Assembly (NCBI GenBank): GCA_965637545.1
Contig: OZ281494.1
Location: 3,348,001-3,412,000 of the forward strand
Source: Phallusia mammillata
Lineage: Eukaryota
Reading direction: 5' to 3'
DNA length: 64,000 nucleotides
Shown piece after piece: positions 24,401-38,200 of this stretch (its first letter is position 1; every line of letters begins with the position of its first letter). Both the position numbers and the translations under genes were made by a program. The notes below the pieces were generated by a model. It was not told the DNA's origin. It did not search any database and worked only from the letters and a program-made list of their open reading frames with translations.

Positions 24401-26816
24401 AACCACCAAGCTCCGACCCATGCTGGATTCGTGTTGGTTATCTTCACACTGTTTCATGTGAAAAAAGAGACAACAAAGCTGATGCCAATTGTCTTGTAAC
24501 TTGAATTAGAGTTAAGTTTATTTTGCTCGGTAAATAAAATTACTACAGCGCAGTTGCTCTAAAATACTTATAAATTAGAAAATAAATATAAAGGTTTTAT
24601 TGTACCCAATTCTTAGTTTGACAATATTAAAAAACAAAACAAGCAACTATTTATGATGTAGTAAATAATGTGGATTTACAGTGCCGGATTAAGGGTCTGC
24701 TGGCCTGTAGGCACATTTTATAAGTGGCCAAATCATTATCACAAAGATCATTGTTGTAACTATAACACAGGGTACCGTGCAAAAACTTGGTCACATGCCT
24801 AACTAAATAATAACTTTGCGCGTTTTTGCGATTGAAAACGCGTTAAATATTTTTTGGAGGTCAATCTTACGGAGTGGATCGCTTTCAATACACTAAATTT
24901 TTGAAAACATAACTAAATTTTATACTGATTTCAAAATGGCCTGTATTTTTGACTGGCCTGTAGGCACGTGACTACTTTGCCTAATGGTTAATCCGGCACT
25001 GTGGATTTATCAAATGAAAGTTGCGGAGTCATGTTTTGTACTTTTCTCCAATATTGGTGAATAATCCAAGAGTGAGACCGCCCAAAATATAACCAGAAGC
25101 AGGTCCAACTGAAGATTGCAGGGAATAGTAGATTGCTGAAAAAAATTAAGAAATACAAAAATTATTACAAACAAGAACCACAGGGTTCCATAGAAGGACA
25201 CATGTGGATATTTTATGAAACTCTGTTTTCCCATTTTTGTGTGTCGGATTATTTTTATTTGCCCCATGGAAAGTTCGTAAAAAAGTCAAAACAATAAAAA
25301 TAGTTGGGAGTAAAATAGTGTATGTGGACTTACATGTAACGTGTTTAGTTTCATCTAAGCCTGAGACTCATAAAAAGATAAAAAGCACCGCACTAAATGA
25401 AAATATTTTAAATTAAGAAATCATATTACCATAGTATGTTTTCCTTAAATCAATGGAAGACTCAGTGAAAATATAAAGAGAAAAGTAGGAATTTAAAATA
25501 TATCTATTTTGCTAACTGGCTAAAATCTTTAGTGGAACTTTTGCTAAATAGAAATCATATTACCGTGATATGTTGATGACGACTTTTGTGCAACATTTTC
25601 ATCAAGATACGTCATACCCAGAGTAAATATGGCTGTAGATCCAACTCCATTCAATAAATTTCCAAGCATAAACAAATACCTAAAATCAAAACAAAACCGC
25701 CGCAACAAATTATCATGAAGACCCATCTATTTGCTTAACCCCCCATTTTATCTTACCCTATACTTATAATGTTAGTCTACATCGTAATGCTGTAGAAAAT
25801 AATTACAAAAAAGGGAAATAAAAAGTTACCATGAAACTTTGAGCACTAAAACTATGAAAGTAATATTCTAAACGGACAAATCTTCGTAAAAACGGTCAAA
25901 CATACCACTATGAAAAAACATATCACTTACATGTAATTTTTCAACGTGGCTTCAGCATTATTCACAGTGATGTTAGCGCCACATAGTGGCTCCTCTCTCT
26001 TTGGCGTCATCGCGACGTATCGGGGGGCTGCGAAGTGGGGGATCACGAATATGAGACACCCAGTGGCGAAAATAACAATCCCCCAACCAATCCATAGTGG
26101 TTTTCGTCCTCTTCCACCATAGTACGTCACAATGGGTAGCGAGAGGAGCGAAGCAGCGTCGTAACAACTGATGATGATTGCTGATTCAGTGCTACTCAGA
26201 CCAAACCTGCATATCGAATAGCATTGGTGTATACTGTATAAAATATGTAGGATCACTTGGCGTTATTACCACCGCTTGATGTACCATAACAGTACTAGTT
26301 TATAAGCGCTTGGTGGCCTTTAACATCACTTGGAGTAACAGTGTACCAAGCAATTCAAGTAAATCTGTATATTTTAGATGTACTTCTCTCCAGGTTGAAA
26401 ACTACTGTCGTGTAATAGTTTCTAGTAAACAACTGTTTTGTTAAATGTACAACAGCCAGTTTCAAACATACAAAACGACGAGTGTTCTTAAAACAAACAC
26501 ATATCTGTAATAATTGTTGTGTTACATAGATGTCGTTAAATTTTGAAAATGCTTTTCTTAACCAAATTAGAAAAAAAACATACAAAAGGTTTAAATATTC
26601 TATACCGCTATTGAGTTAGCATTTTTTTGGCTAAACATGTTGTTGCAGCAAGAAACATGATGTTACTGATGTAGCATATACCTTTTCTCTAATGTTGTAA
26701 GCACCACACGAGTCAGGCCATGTACAGTGAAGCCTTGCAACCAGCCAGCAAAACTGAGAAAAGCCAAAGCCCATTTGGACGTTGCAAAGCGCTGAAGAGG
26801 TTTGCAGTAAAGTCCC
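18493..26816 (-). CDS. SLCO4-like: SLCO/OATP organic anion transporter, paralog B (OATP4-like); 13 exons resolved, first coding exon uncertain
   Basis: Exons: 26682-26816, 25931-26206, 25564-25679, 25042-25135, 24360-24448, 23544-23661, 22928-23103, 21923-22084, 20548-20726, 19769-19930, 19624-19677, 19003-19170, 18493-18600 (TGA). Total 1837 nt in frame, with the same phases as A. One GC-AG intron (18601-19002). Motifs: [68 protein letters not shown]. Confidence 0.93.
18883..18955. repeat. 26-bp minisatellite, about 2.8 copies
   Basis: The unit aaaaatatactacactaataaacgta recurs; tatactacac starts at 18888, 18914 and 18940. Confidence 0.9.
21461..21562 (-). mobile_element. tRNA(Leu/Ser-like)-derived SINE family 1, single copy
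   Basis: The minus strand reads agaacttggccgaatggtctagcgcgcctgac...gggttcgaaccccgtg followed by an A-rich tail, with Pol III A box TGGCCGAATGG and B box GGTTCGAACCC. It is nearly identical to the copies at 55048-55430. Confidence 0.85.
22150..22390. mobile_element. tRNA-derived SINE family 2, two oppositely oriented pieces forming an imperfect hairpin
   Basis: Arms at 22224-22268 and 22334-22375 are imperfect reverse complements. An A-box-like tagctcagttgg lies at 22271. The body resembles 23310-23420. Confidence 0.6.
23290..23430 (+). mobile_element. tRNA-derived SINE family 2 copy
   Basis: B box ggttcgaatcc is followed by aacagcaggctagagttttttaggct...ctggctgattcggta, which is similar to 22290-22365. 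Confidence 0.55.
23908..24210. mobile_element. Inverted-repeat element with about 75-bp arms and a hammerhead-like core (Penelope-like inverted ends, or a MITE)
   Basis: Arm 23908-23983 (taatggtgaaaataacggcccaaatagacgtaaaaagcgacatgc...) is the reverse complement of 24114-24188. CTGATGA..GAAAC lies at 24101-24129. A shorter related copy is at about 54589-54705. Confidence 0.8.
24679..25001. mobile_element. hAT-type MITE (323 bp)
   Basis: TIRs cagtgccggattaa / ttaatccggcactg with a perfect 8-bp TSD tggattta. The subterminal motif ctggcctgtaggcac is repeated near both ends. Confidence 0.92.
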
Positions 26817-29208
26817 CTGAGTACAAACACATAATTTGCTACTAAACCAACAACTTGTCAAGAAATTGTTTTTGTGACATTGTTTCGTTCTGGCCTAATA
26901 AGGACTTACCTGTAAATCAAGCATTTTCAGTAATACAATCTACTAAACAAGAATCACTTTTTAAAAATGTGCTTCGCCATATACTAACACCGAAGACCTT
27001 ATACATATAGTAACCACAGTCTATCATGGACATTTCAACAATCGCTGTTGTCATCTTTAGGGTAAAGCGATTGTCGAAGTGCCTGCTTTAGAGTTTAGTC
27101 ACAATACATTCAAGCACCCTTTCAGTTTTGTTTTTGTTCAAGCCACTGTTGAAATCAACCCAAGTTTGTGCCTTCCTGTCTAAGCTTTGCGCATTTATGC
27201 CACTGGTTTGAAAAGCGCTGCATGTAATCTAATCACGGCCAAAGTTTCGGCACAGGCACGGTGGTTGCGTTCGAAAAACGTAATGCGTAAAAATCTAAAG
27301 GTTGCAACACAATCATGGCAAACACATACTCAGTACGCTGTAGGCACGTTACTAGGCAACGCCGGGTAATTAATTGAATTACTTCCTTCTTTCATGACCA
27401 CAGACCGCTTGTGAAGAGAGTTGCCTGTTTTGCGTGTAACAAACTGTAAGCAGGCTTGTTCAAGTTATTGTTGTTTTTACTTACCAAACCTGATTGCGGA
27501 TAGCTTTTATGAGCCTAGTTGCGGCATAACTTATATTTTAACTGATTTGTTTACAAATGTGCATTTAATAGGCAATTTTGTTATGTCCTAACTGAAAAAA
27601 ATAAAGTCTTTTTGTTTATTGGTTGATTTTATCTGACAATATCTCGATATCTACATATTATTTGAGTGAAACACAATCCATTACGTTGTTTACGGTCGAA
27701 AAACTGAGCCAAACAAATATATGTGCCATAATCTTCTTATTGCAGGTGTAAAGGTTCATCATAATTATGAAATCAACTCTACCAACCTCTTTGTGCCTTT
27801 GTAGCAGCAATAATCCAGAGGGAAGCCGCATCTAGTGTCTGGATCTTCCGGTATGTTATTGTTAACAGCTGACATTCTTCTTGAAATATAATCTTAACAG
27901 AGACCCATACCCATTTTTAGCAGCACTGTGTCAAACACTTGGTAACTAACAACCCATTAATTGCTTGTAATATTTTCGATAAAATTTGTAAAGAGCTTTG
28001 CGTAGATGACTAGATTCACGACCCTGTTCTAGTGTTGCTATAAAAACACAAATTGGGCTTAAATGAGGCTAAGTAATTTTCAGTTTGTCACGTATGTCCT
28101 TATTTGGGACCCAACCAGCAGCAGTTTTCTTCCTATTCAATACAATGCTTAAATACTTTATGTTAACAACCAAATTCACAAAGCGTTAATCGAAGTGTAT
28201 TTAAATCAAATAACAATTCTATATTCAGGTGTTACTGTGACTATAAGATTGATCGACCTATTCTACCGAGCTTAGGGTCTTCCTGTAGCAATAACTCATT
28301 TGCGAATGCTATTTTCGGAATAAAAAACATTGTTCGTTTTACAAAACAGTAAAATGTATAGTGCCATCAACTCAACTATTTTCAAGTTCTACTCTCACTT
28401 TAATCAAGCTATACTTTTAAACTTTGATCCCCTTGTAATAATTCTCTTTTGATAAACTTACTCTAGAACTTAGAAGACTGTCCAACTTATTCACAGTTGA
28501 CTTTCGCATGCAAATCCAGCCCTGCGCCATTCTGTACTTTCCGGCTTTGTTGTTGACGTTGGGCACAATAGGTTATCTAAGGTTCACTAAAGTCAAATAG
28601 GCAATATACCAGCACACGTATTGTCTTCTTCGAACAACATACGACTTTTGTACGTGCGAAATTCTAAGTAGCCCGTACGTGAGAATACAGGATATGATGC
28701 ATGTCACAACAACATGCAGCGCAGTGTTACATTTTTTAGAACACAAGTCGCAAATCAGGTTGCACGTTGTAAAGCAAGTAAAGTAATCTAAACAATGTTT
28801 GCTGAGATCTACTTACTGAGGCAAAAGCATACATTGAGGTAGTCAATGTTTAGATTGCAACAAAAACGTCTATTGAAATGCAACTTTTATAAAATTATTA
28901 AAAATAATTTTGAAGACAAAACAAACAAAAGGTATTTCAATAGACATTGCGAGAGTAACTCAGTTCCAAAATTAGCCCAAAAGGAAGAAAAATACAATTT
29001 TAAAGCGATATTTGTTTAACTTATGTTGAATTGTCAGTCGAAGTCTTTAGCACAGGAACCAAAAAAATGAAGAAAACCGCGGTCTTTTGTTTTAACCGAA
29101 CACCGATTCACAAGCAGAATCATCTAACAATGCTCGGTTGGTTTCGAACGATTTGCGACGCTTGTTGTTCTTTTTGCACCTTCGTCTTCCACTTTTGTAA
29201 GCTTTTTG

Positions 29209-32200
29209 TCACCTGCCAATGTTGGCAGATAGTTCGCTTTCATTAGAACTTTGATTGTTTTTGTGTCTTCTGTAGATAAGCAGGGCAGCGATGTAGGACA
29301 CAAAAGCGAGAATCTGTAAAGCAGATTATAAAACTTGCTGCCAACGTATATACATTTGTATTCTTCAAATATATACGTCTAGGCTCATCAGAGATCAGAC
29401 CAACGTAACATTGAACAACTTTGACGACTAACTGTGTAAAACTAACTGACAAGCAAGGGATTACTGCATTAAAATGGTATGGTATTTGTTCTAAACGGTC
29501 TAGTTAATTAGACAGGGTAAGCTTATGGTGTTTTTCTGTTACAGTCCGCTGAAGCAACAATCATGAATAGCCTAATGAACTCGGAAACAGTTTGCCTAAT
29601 TCCCTAAACACGATCACAGTTCAAACATATTTTCCGTTTTGAACCCAACAATACATTCGTGTTTTTAGTAACAGCTGCTTGGACATGACAATTTACAAAA
29701 AAGATCAAACTCGTAAACGCACCTTTGATATCAAAACAACGAAAAAGATGTAGAGCCCCATCTGGTGGTTGAAATATCGCCTACATGACGTCACTACTCC
29801 GTCTTCTGTGCTCCAAACCGAACAAGCCAAGTCAAGAAGTCGCCCCATGATTATGGGAATGGGAATTCCCCCCAACGCCCGGTTCAGTATCCACTGTAAG
29901 GTTAAAAGGGTGAAAAGTTTAAAAATGTTTTCAATACAACTTTACCACCCTGTAATAGTTTTGGTTTTGCCAGCCTATAGTTAAAGCTGCTAACATCATA
30001 CCTGACGGCACACACACATTTTTCTAAATTTCGATAGGTGGCGTCAAGAGCTAAATTATAAAATTATCAGCTCAAGGGGGAGGGGGTTAGAAGTTTATAT
30101 ATTAAATTTAACTAAATTTTAAAATTACGCCCATATACCCACAACCGTCAGCATTTTTAAGTTTTCATATTTTTTAAATATAAGTTACTTGTTTAAATAG
30201 GTATTTCTGCTCTGTGCGCTACCGAGCGAAACTTAGCGTAATTTGCGTCTGCCATGAGGTGGAGTGTTGGTAGATTTTCCAGCCTACTACGATCATATAA
30301 TGTAAATATATCGTAAACAAGTTTTTAACAAATACAAACCTGCAAACCGACGGCTAAGTGACGGTGACTGAATGGGACGATGCGAATGACGACCTAAGAT
30401 AGAAAAAGACTGTTTCAAATAAATTAATAACGGCGTTTTGTCGACAATAGTTTTTTACAAGGGGTACAAAGAAGTAATACATAATTGGGATTGAACAAAG
30501 AGTGTGAAAACAGCATCATAAGCTAAACCGTATATAAATAAACTATTTTTTGTTGTGTTTCATTCCGAAACATTGTTGTCCCCTACAAATTAAATATACA
30601 CACAAAGATTTACATAATTTTTTCCCAAATATCTACATAAAATGGTAATTTGTAATTTCTGTTTTGTTTGCAACACTATAAATTAACATGCCTGTACATT
30701 TGGGGTCCAACACATAAACGTTCCACAAACTGCAAGAAAAAATAAACAGAGAAATAAAGGAAGATTTTTGCACTGTTTGTCCACACAACTTCCCATAGTG
30801 ACTGTTTGATTGAAAGTGCTCACACATGAGCAGTTTAAGTAGGTCTAAAAATATATAAAACGTATCATAAACAAACAACACAACCTAAAACGGTCGCAAA
30901 CATTATCCACTTAGCCAATAGAAAACTTCGTTATTTTTCATTTACCGTTTCTATGTGGCAACAAATATTTACCGAAAACATTTAGTGATGTAATATCTTA
31001 CAATTCGTCAAACCTGTTTTTGTGTTTTAAAAATGCATGTTAGAAAATTTGTCTCGCAAGATATGCCATTATTCTAATGAAGGCGTTTTGCATGGGACGT
31101 CGAAACGTCAATTATTTGTTGCAAAAAGTGCTGAAAGAACATTACTCGTTTATATGTTTGTAAATATAGTTTTAACAAACAACTAAAGCCTTAGACATAG
31201 ATTTTACGATGGCATGTTTTAATTCAAATTTAATTACATGCAAATCAAGAGAAAGGCCAGTCTTGCGAAAAAGATAAAAGCGTTTTACCTCTCCCAAGTT
31301 GTTTATAGTATCGGTGCAGCCTGCGTAACACGGCGAGAAGTACGTGACGTCATTATCACCGCAGACCGGGTTATATACGTCACTGTTGCATCCGCAGTGA
31401 AGATTGCAAGACGAGGAGAAGTTGGTTGCTGATATTAAGGCTGATGTTAAATTGTGATAAGGGACGGTCGCTCCAGCGAAACCTGTTATCCAAGGAAATA
31501 ATTTGTAAGTTTGTGTACGTTTTGGTTTCAAGTGTTATTATCTTGAGTACTTTTATCAATAACGTGGGGCGAGAAATTTAAGTTATCAAACGACAAAATA
31601 TTATATATTGCTTTAATGTCACTTTTGGTTTTCAATGGAAGCGGGTAGAATAATGGAGAATACTTTTTAAACTCCACAATAGCACAAGAAAAACTATTTT
31701 GAGGATGAATAACTTTTAGCATCGTTAAAGTTATCTCTGCACAAATTAAACTCTGTATCCATGCCAACAGAACGGGCATTTCCTGATTTTCGTGCATACA
31801 AAACCAAGAGAGTTGGCTTCGCGGGAAGAGGCACCAAAAGGCGAAATAATGAATGAGAATTGTCTGCATGGCATTCTTACCGACAAACGTGATGTTAGGA
31901 CGTGATTTACTACAGGCTACAAGCTCCTACTAACATATAAGATTGCTATTAATCGAAGATACTTTCCAGAAACGTTACAGATTTTATGGAACAAAGGTCG
32001 GCACAAACCGCGTTACAATCGTTTGCCGGTACGTTATGAAAATGTCATCGGAAATGTAGTATGATTTTATTCTTTACACTTAAATGTGAGGCAATGTGAG
32101 TTCGCTTGTTACGAACTAAGTGCATGTGATAGCGGCAAACTACGTAACGCAGTTTACTGAATCACCGTCACGATTATTGATAAATTTCCATGCGCCTAAT

Positions 32201-35200
32201 AATGGTTGTTTAACATATTTATTATTTATCGTTCATAGATGACCAGTCAAAAAAAACACACACAAAATCTAACCACAATCTCTAAAGCTAAAAAGTTTGC
32301 AGCCCTCTGCCGCAATAATAACTGTTTTACTCCTGATATGAAATGACCAAAAGCTTCATTGATATGAAATTTAAATTCTACAATCATATTATAAATACTA
32401 AGTCCTCGGTATCGTAATGTGGACTGTTTGATAACCACTACTCTAATGTGTAAGGTTGTAAAGTTAAAATAATCATCCTGCTCATGTCAGAACTAAACAA
32501 CATGAGAACAGTTTGCAGGTTTCACATTAATACCTGGTTGAGAACACTGCAGAAAGAACATTCCTCCAGCGAGCAGTGAAAATACAACGAAGAACATACA
32601 AAATTTGATCATTCCCTGCACCTTCATGTTGGTTTTTGTGACGATCAAACCTCCAACAGAAAGTCCTATTGAACCTCCAGCCACTGCAACTAAACCTAGA
32701 ACGCAAATACAAATATGTGGACAATATTCACATACATGCAGAGATAAAAGATATAACCGGGTTTTATCACTCGTGTATTTGAATTGGGTTTAATTTAAGA
32801 AGGTAAGATCTGTGATTCTGTACGTATTTTTATGTTTGCTTTTTTTTATTCGGAAAAGCTAGCATTAGTAGTGGGCTACAAAAGACTAAAAGTATTTGGG
32901 TGGGCCTCAAGGGGCTTTCTAATTTGTTTTTTCAACAAAAATAGTTTTTCTGTTTTTTTCATGTGATAAATTTACACGTCACTATTATATAACAGAAAAA
33001 CAACTGTTTTACATAATGGTCTGGATTTTTTTGAACTGGTTTGTGCCCCAGACCCTTCCGATCACAAATCCTAACCCGGTTTTTTATTTCACCTAAGACC
33101 ATTCAGTCTTGTTCTAACCAAACAATAGTTTTTATGAGATCGGAACGAGTCGTCGAAAGTGTTCTAACCCCGTGAAAAAATCAAAATATAAGTTTGTTTT
33201 TGCACCAACCCGTGTAGAAAGCCCCCTCTGCGGCCGAAACTCCAAAAACAGTTTCCAAATATTTTGGAGCAAAACTGGAAAAACCACCGATCAGTCCAGC
33301 GTCCATGCAGTTTGCGAAAGTCATGAATAAATAGGGAGGGTTTCGAAGAAGAACCAGAAATTCTTTGTAGAAATTCACAGCCCTGAAAAATAGTTTTGAA
33401 ATAAAACAACATTTACGATTGTGGTTAATATATTTTATAATATAATGTTTTTCAGCTTTTTGTAGGTATTTGCTCAGCAATTTACCATAGACTTAAAGAA
33501 AGAAATACGAATGTAGTATAGATCAGCAAACATAAATAAAAATGTGTATTAGGTTAAACTGGTCACTTATTGTTAACCTGTGCCTACTTTATTGACATAA
33601 ACTATTAAATGATACACTAAATATACGTTAAACATATTTATAAGCTAAGAAAGAAAAAATGATTTTCCAAATAAAACAACAACCAGTTCATTCAAGAATT
33701 ATTTAGCAAAAGTTTGGCAAGGAACACCAAATTTATTATTTGAAGCTACTTTTAAAATACTGCCTCTGAGTACTGTACATGTGTCAAGTTTATCGAGGGG
33801 CGGGCACGCCCGTTGCTAGATCAAGCATGTGTTTAGGAAAAGACACTACAAGACATTTTATGGAGTACCCCTGGCGTTATGACGTTCATATCGATGAATA
33901 ATTTCAACACACGCGTATTAATAACTGAAAAATATTTTTTTTCGAAAGTTTGTGCGCTGAAAAGCTTTAAAGGCGTAGAATATTGTGTCAAAATTTCAGT
34001 ATCGTATCTTTTTTAGTTTTAGCGCAATTGCGATTGCTGACCAGCTTCTCTATGGGGTTGTTATGCCACGTTTTTAAGTTTAAGATTTTCTATTGGTGTT
34101 TCAAGGCACAGTTGAAACGCGAGCGTTGCTAGCAATGTCACACACAGCTTTATATAATATTTACCCACCTACTCATTTTCCCTTTGACATTTTTCACTTC
34201 TTTCTCATTTTCGTGCGACGTCACATATTTTTCGTTTTCGCGGTTTTTGCGGATTTCTTCCGTCCCGGGAAGATTTCGAGGCATCAGCAGCATGGGAACT
34301 AAGAATATACAAAATATTAAGTTTATTGTGTCCACTTGAAGTTTCATTCGTTCTTGTATTTTGGACAAATGTAGCGAATTTTTATTTGATTTTTTACCAA
34401 GCTCAGTTAAAACTTTAAATCTTTTTCGGATTTACGATGGAGATTAGGGGCATTTGCTGTACAATAAGAGTATTTTGTTTTTATAATTGTAAAATAATAT
34501 TAAAGGTAATTGATAACTTACTTAATGAAATTGTAAGTAAAAATGTTTGTAAAAATGCATGTACTGCATTTACGTCATGTGTCTTATTCAAATTTTGGCG
34601 CTGAAACAAATAAATAAAAAATTAATTGATTGACTGATTACTGCTAATATTTGCAGGTCCGCATAAATTTCAAGTTATCTACAACTGCTTTTTTGAAACA
34701 TTTAATAGCATTACTGGCCATGTAACAGCTGTCCCTGTACTACGGGTATTGGTATTGGTTCATGTAGGAGCTACATTAGGTTGTGCATGACATGACTCAA
34801 AGGTTTTCGTATTTTTATAATTTCTAGCAAAATTTCAAGCTCCCGCAATCTGGTAAAGAACTCACAGCTCAAAATAGTTTTTGTTTCTTTTTTACCTCGA
34901 ATTGTGACATTTAACGTCAGAAAATGCGTCCAGAATGCAAAATATCGACACTATGCCTAAAATTGGCGGTTTTAAAGCTTTACTTTGAAAGTGGATAAAC
35001 GGAAAAATTGGGGCAGGCGCGCCGGGCCATTAGGCCAGTAATCAATGTGGCTTGAATATGCAAGCAGTTTGTGTAAAATAACTGTCCAATATTTCTTAAA
35101 ATTTTTGTAATATTACCTGAAAAGAGGAATATCAATGTTCCACTTGCGATGTAGCCCGGCCACCAAGCACCGATCCATGATGCGTGTGCTGTTGTTATTG

Positions 35201-38200
35201 AAACTCTATTAAAAGTATGGCATATTAGCGTTGGTAGAACATATTATAACAAGATTTAATTACTTTGCCCACGATGGTGTCGTTTGTATAACTTACAACT
35301 TTATATGGCATTAGTGTCCTTTTTCATAAAAATATAACCTACACCTTTGTGTAAAACCTAAAATGTGCCATTTGTACACGCTTTCACCCAAACCGATTTT
35401 ATATGATAAACTGCAGACAGTACATACTCTCTCGATCTGGAACAGGGGTTCTTAAACTGGGGGGCTCGCCCCCCTAGGGGGGCGTGAAGGGTTCGCAAGG
35501 GAGGCGCAGCACATTATGGCAGCAAAGTTTTCACTTGCAAACAATTGTAAATGAATGCATTGGAATTAAGTCGGCACTGATTTCGAGCTTATTGTTTAAA
35601 GTAAACGCTTCATTACTCTGAAATGGATGTCCAGTTGTACTAACCAAACTTTTCTACACTGCGGGCCGGATACGTTTAATACTAATTCGCGCGGGCCGCA
35701 TAGTTTACATGCCTTAGTGCCGTCTTCTCAAGCTTAGCCCACGAGGCTATTTTTATAGGGGCGCCAAGATTATTATTTTTTTGTCGTTTTAAAAACCCAT
35801 TTAAAATCTGTCAAATTGTATAGTTAGTTTCATCTTACAAGGAATGTTTGTATATTACGTCACAAGTAACACAATAAGGCATTTGTTTGCGCACAATTAA
35901 CACTTTTTGTCTTCTCTGTGACGTAATAAACTGGCTTTGGATCAATCCTGGGCGTTGCAATCCTATGAAAGTCGGTAATATTAATTTTACAATTCGTAAC
36001 AGTAAACTTTCGTAAGGAGTAGATTAATTTTTATCAATAACAAAGTTATCAATACGTTTTGGCCTAAAAATGGGATCGCGGGCCATAGTTTGGTGACCCC
36101 TGTACTATATAGTCGGCGGCACATTCTTTATTTGTTCGCAATTTCGCCTTAGAGATTGCCTTGACTTTGAGTGAATCAACAATTTCTGGGCAACATGTGC
36201 GTAGTTTACAAGAATACTGGCAACGTGACTCTGTGTGCGCGCAAAAAAAAACTTTTTTTCGCAACTTATCAGTGTTGAAGTGGCTTTTTCTAACGATTGG
36301 AACTAACTCGACAGTAGCTTAAGGCGGACCTACGATGTATGTTGTTTTCAAAAACCAAGATAAGCATCATCAGTGCTAACGTTTTTTAGGGGGACGTGAG
36401 ATTAAATAAATAGCGTCAAGTGGGGGCACGACCGAAAAAGTTTAAGAACCCCTGATCTAGAAGGTCTCATCAGTACATCTGGTGACGGAAGATCTGTCTT
36501 ATTGGCTGCAACCAACGGCACTCCAGTTTGTTGTGAGTTACAGGCTTGAAAGCCATGTCATACCTATTCTGTTCGATGCCACAACTAGGCACACACCACA
36601 GATTAAACTGGCTCGCAGTGGCCAAGCAACTGCTTGAGAACCAAAGTCGGTTTGGTGTCACAGGATCAATGCTAAAGCATCGAGGCAATAGACGATTAGC
36701 TGCAGACAGTACTTGGAATTTATATTACTTCGTAACGAAATAGTTTTTAAATTTCTAGTTAAGTAGTGATAATTCATTGGAAAAAAACAGAGATGAAACG
36801 AACTGTCGGGTCTCGAAACTAAATCGTAAGCGTAGTCATGCGAGAGATATCCCGATGCAGTGCATGTTCACGACTCTGTTTCTCTAGTTACACGTTTGGC
36901 AAGTTTTGAAGCGTATCCCCAAGTTTCATGTCACGGTTGACCGAAATAATAATTTCGTTCACTGTTTCGCGCACGTTAAATTTACTGGTTAGGGGCAAAT
37001 TCACCTATGGTGAAGATCCTTAGGCGTAAGGAACAATCTTTTCCATTTGAGCACTTACTTTTCACCGATGTTAGTAAAGCATTGAAGCAGCGCACCAGAA
37101 ACCAAATATCCAACAGCTGGCCCGGTTGCTCCCGTGATAGCGAAGTAGATACCTGTTGTACATGCAAATCAAACTTTTCAGATACGTTTGCCCTTATTTG
37201 TTAGTATAACTTAAAGACAGAACTGTCAAAGCTTTCTAACTTTATGCTAAACAGAAGCGGTTGCTTAAATTAGTTCGTTAAATGCCCAGTACTTTCTGAA
37301 ATCAAACTTTTTACATATCTTTGCCCTCAAGTGATTAGACAGAACCGTCAAAAGCTTTTTAACTTTATGCTAAACAGAAGTGGTTGCTTCGGTCAAAATT
37401 AGTTACAGTAAAAAGTAAATAGTTTTCTTTCAATGTCCTGGACTTGTGCCGTAAAGAAATATTGCCGTAGTACAGTATAAAGTAATGAGTTTCCTAATAA
37501 ACTGCAAAACTATTCAAATCTACCATTTTATTATTATTTCCTAAAAACGTGCATGTCTTACCATGATAGAGGGATGAATATTTTTGAGCGACATTTTCAT
37601 CCAGGTAGGTCAATCCCAAAGTATAAAGTGCAGCAGCACCACAACCGTTCATGAGATTTCCAAAGTACAAAGCGTATCTAGAAAAAGCATGTTAGGTATA
37701 TGAATTCAACTGTTCGGTACGTTTAAATAACTTCTATGCTTCTGTTACTGCAGAAAATTACCTGATTTCAAAATAATAAAAAAAGAATAATTTGCGTTTT
37801 AACACCACCATACCAAAAAAGCGGTGATAAGTCTTGGAAATTTTGCATTATGCCTGACACTTAATATATCTCTGATGTTATTTCACTCATGTTCATACCA
37901 AAATAAAATGATAACTTTTGTAGTAAACATTAAAACTTTCCGCATAAATCAATACATACTAATGGAAAAGTACACTGACATTTCAATATATGTTTTGTAA
38001 CATGCCATATGGTATGTGGTATTTTCCTTGTGCCAAACACTAATACTGAAATAAAAACAAAAAAATCGCAAAAACATAAAATTTTGCGCAATACTAACGG
38101 TACACGGATTTGCAACATGCCATTTGTCACATGGTATTTTGCTCATGCCCAACAGTAATGCCAAAATACAAATATTTTGTAGGAAACATTCCACTTACAC

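Noticed and set aside
26910-26942. Strong donor CAG|GTAAGT upstream of SLCO-B exon 26682-26816
   Set aside because: The phase does not fit as a coding exon: MLDLQ is phase 0, and the phase-2 frame has a stop. It may be non-coding, so it is not called.
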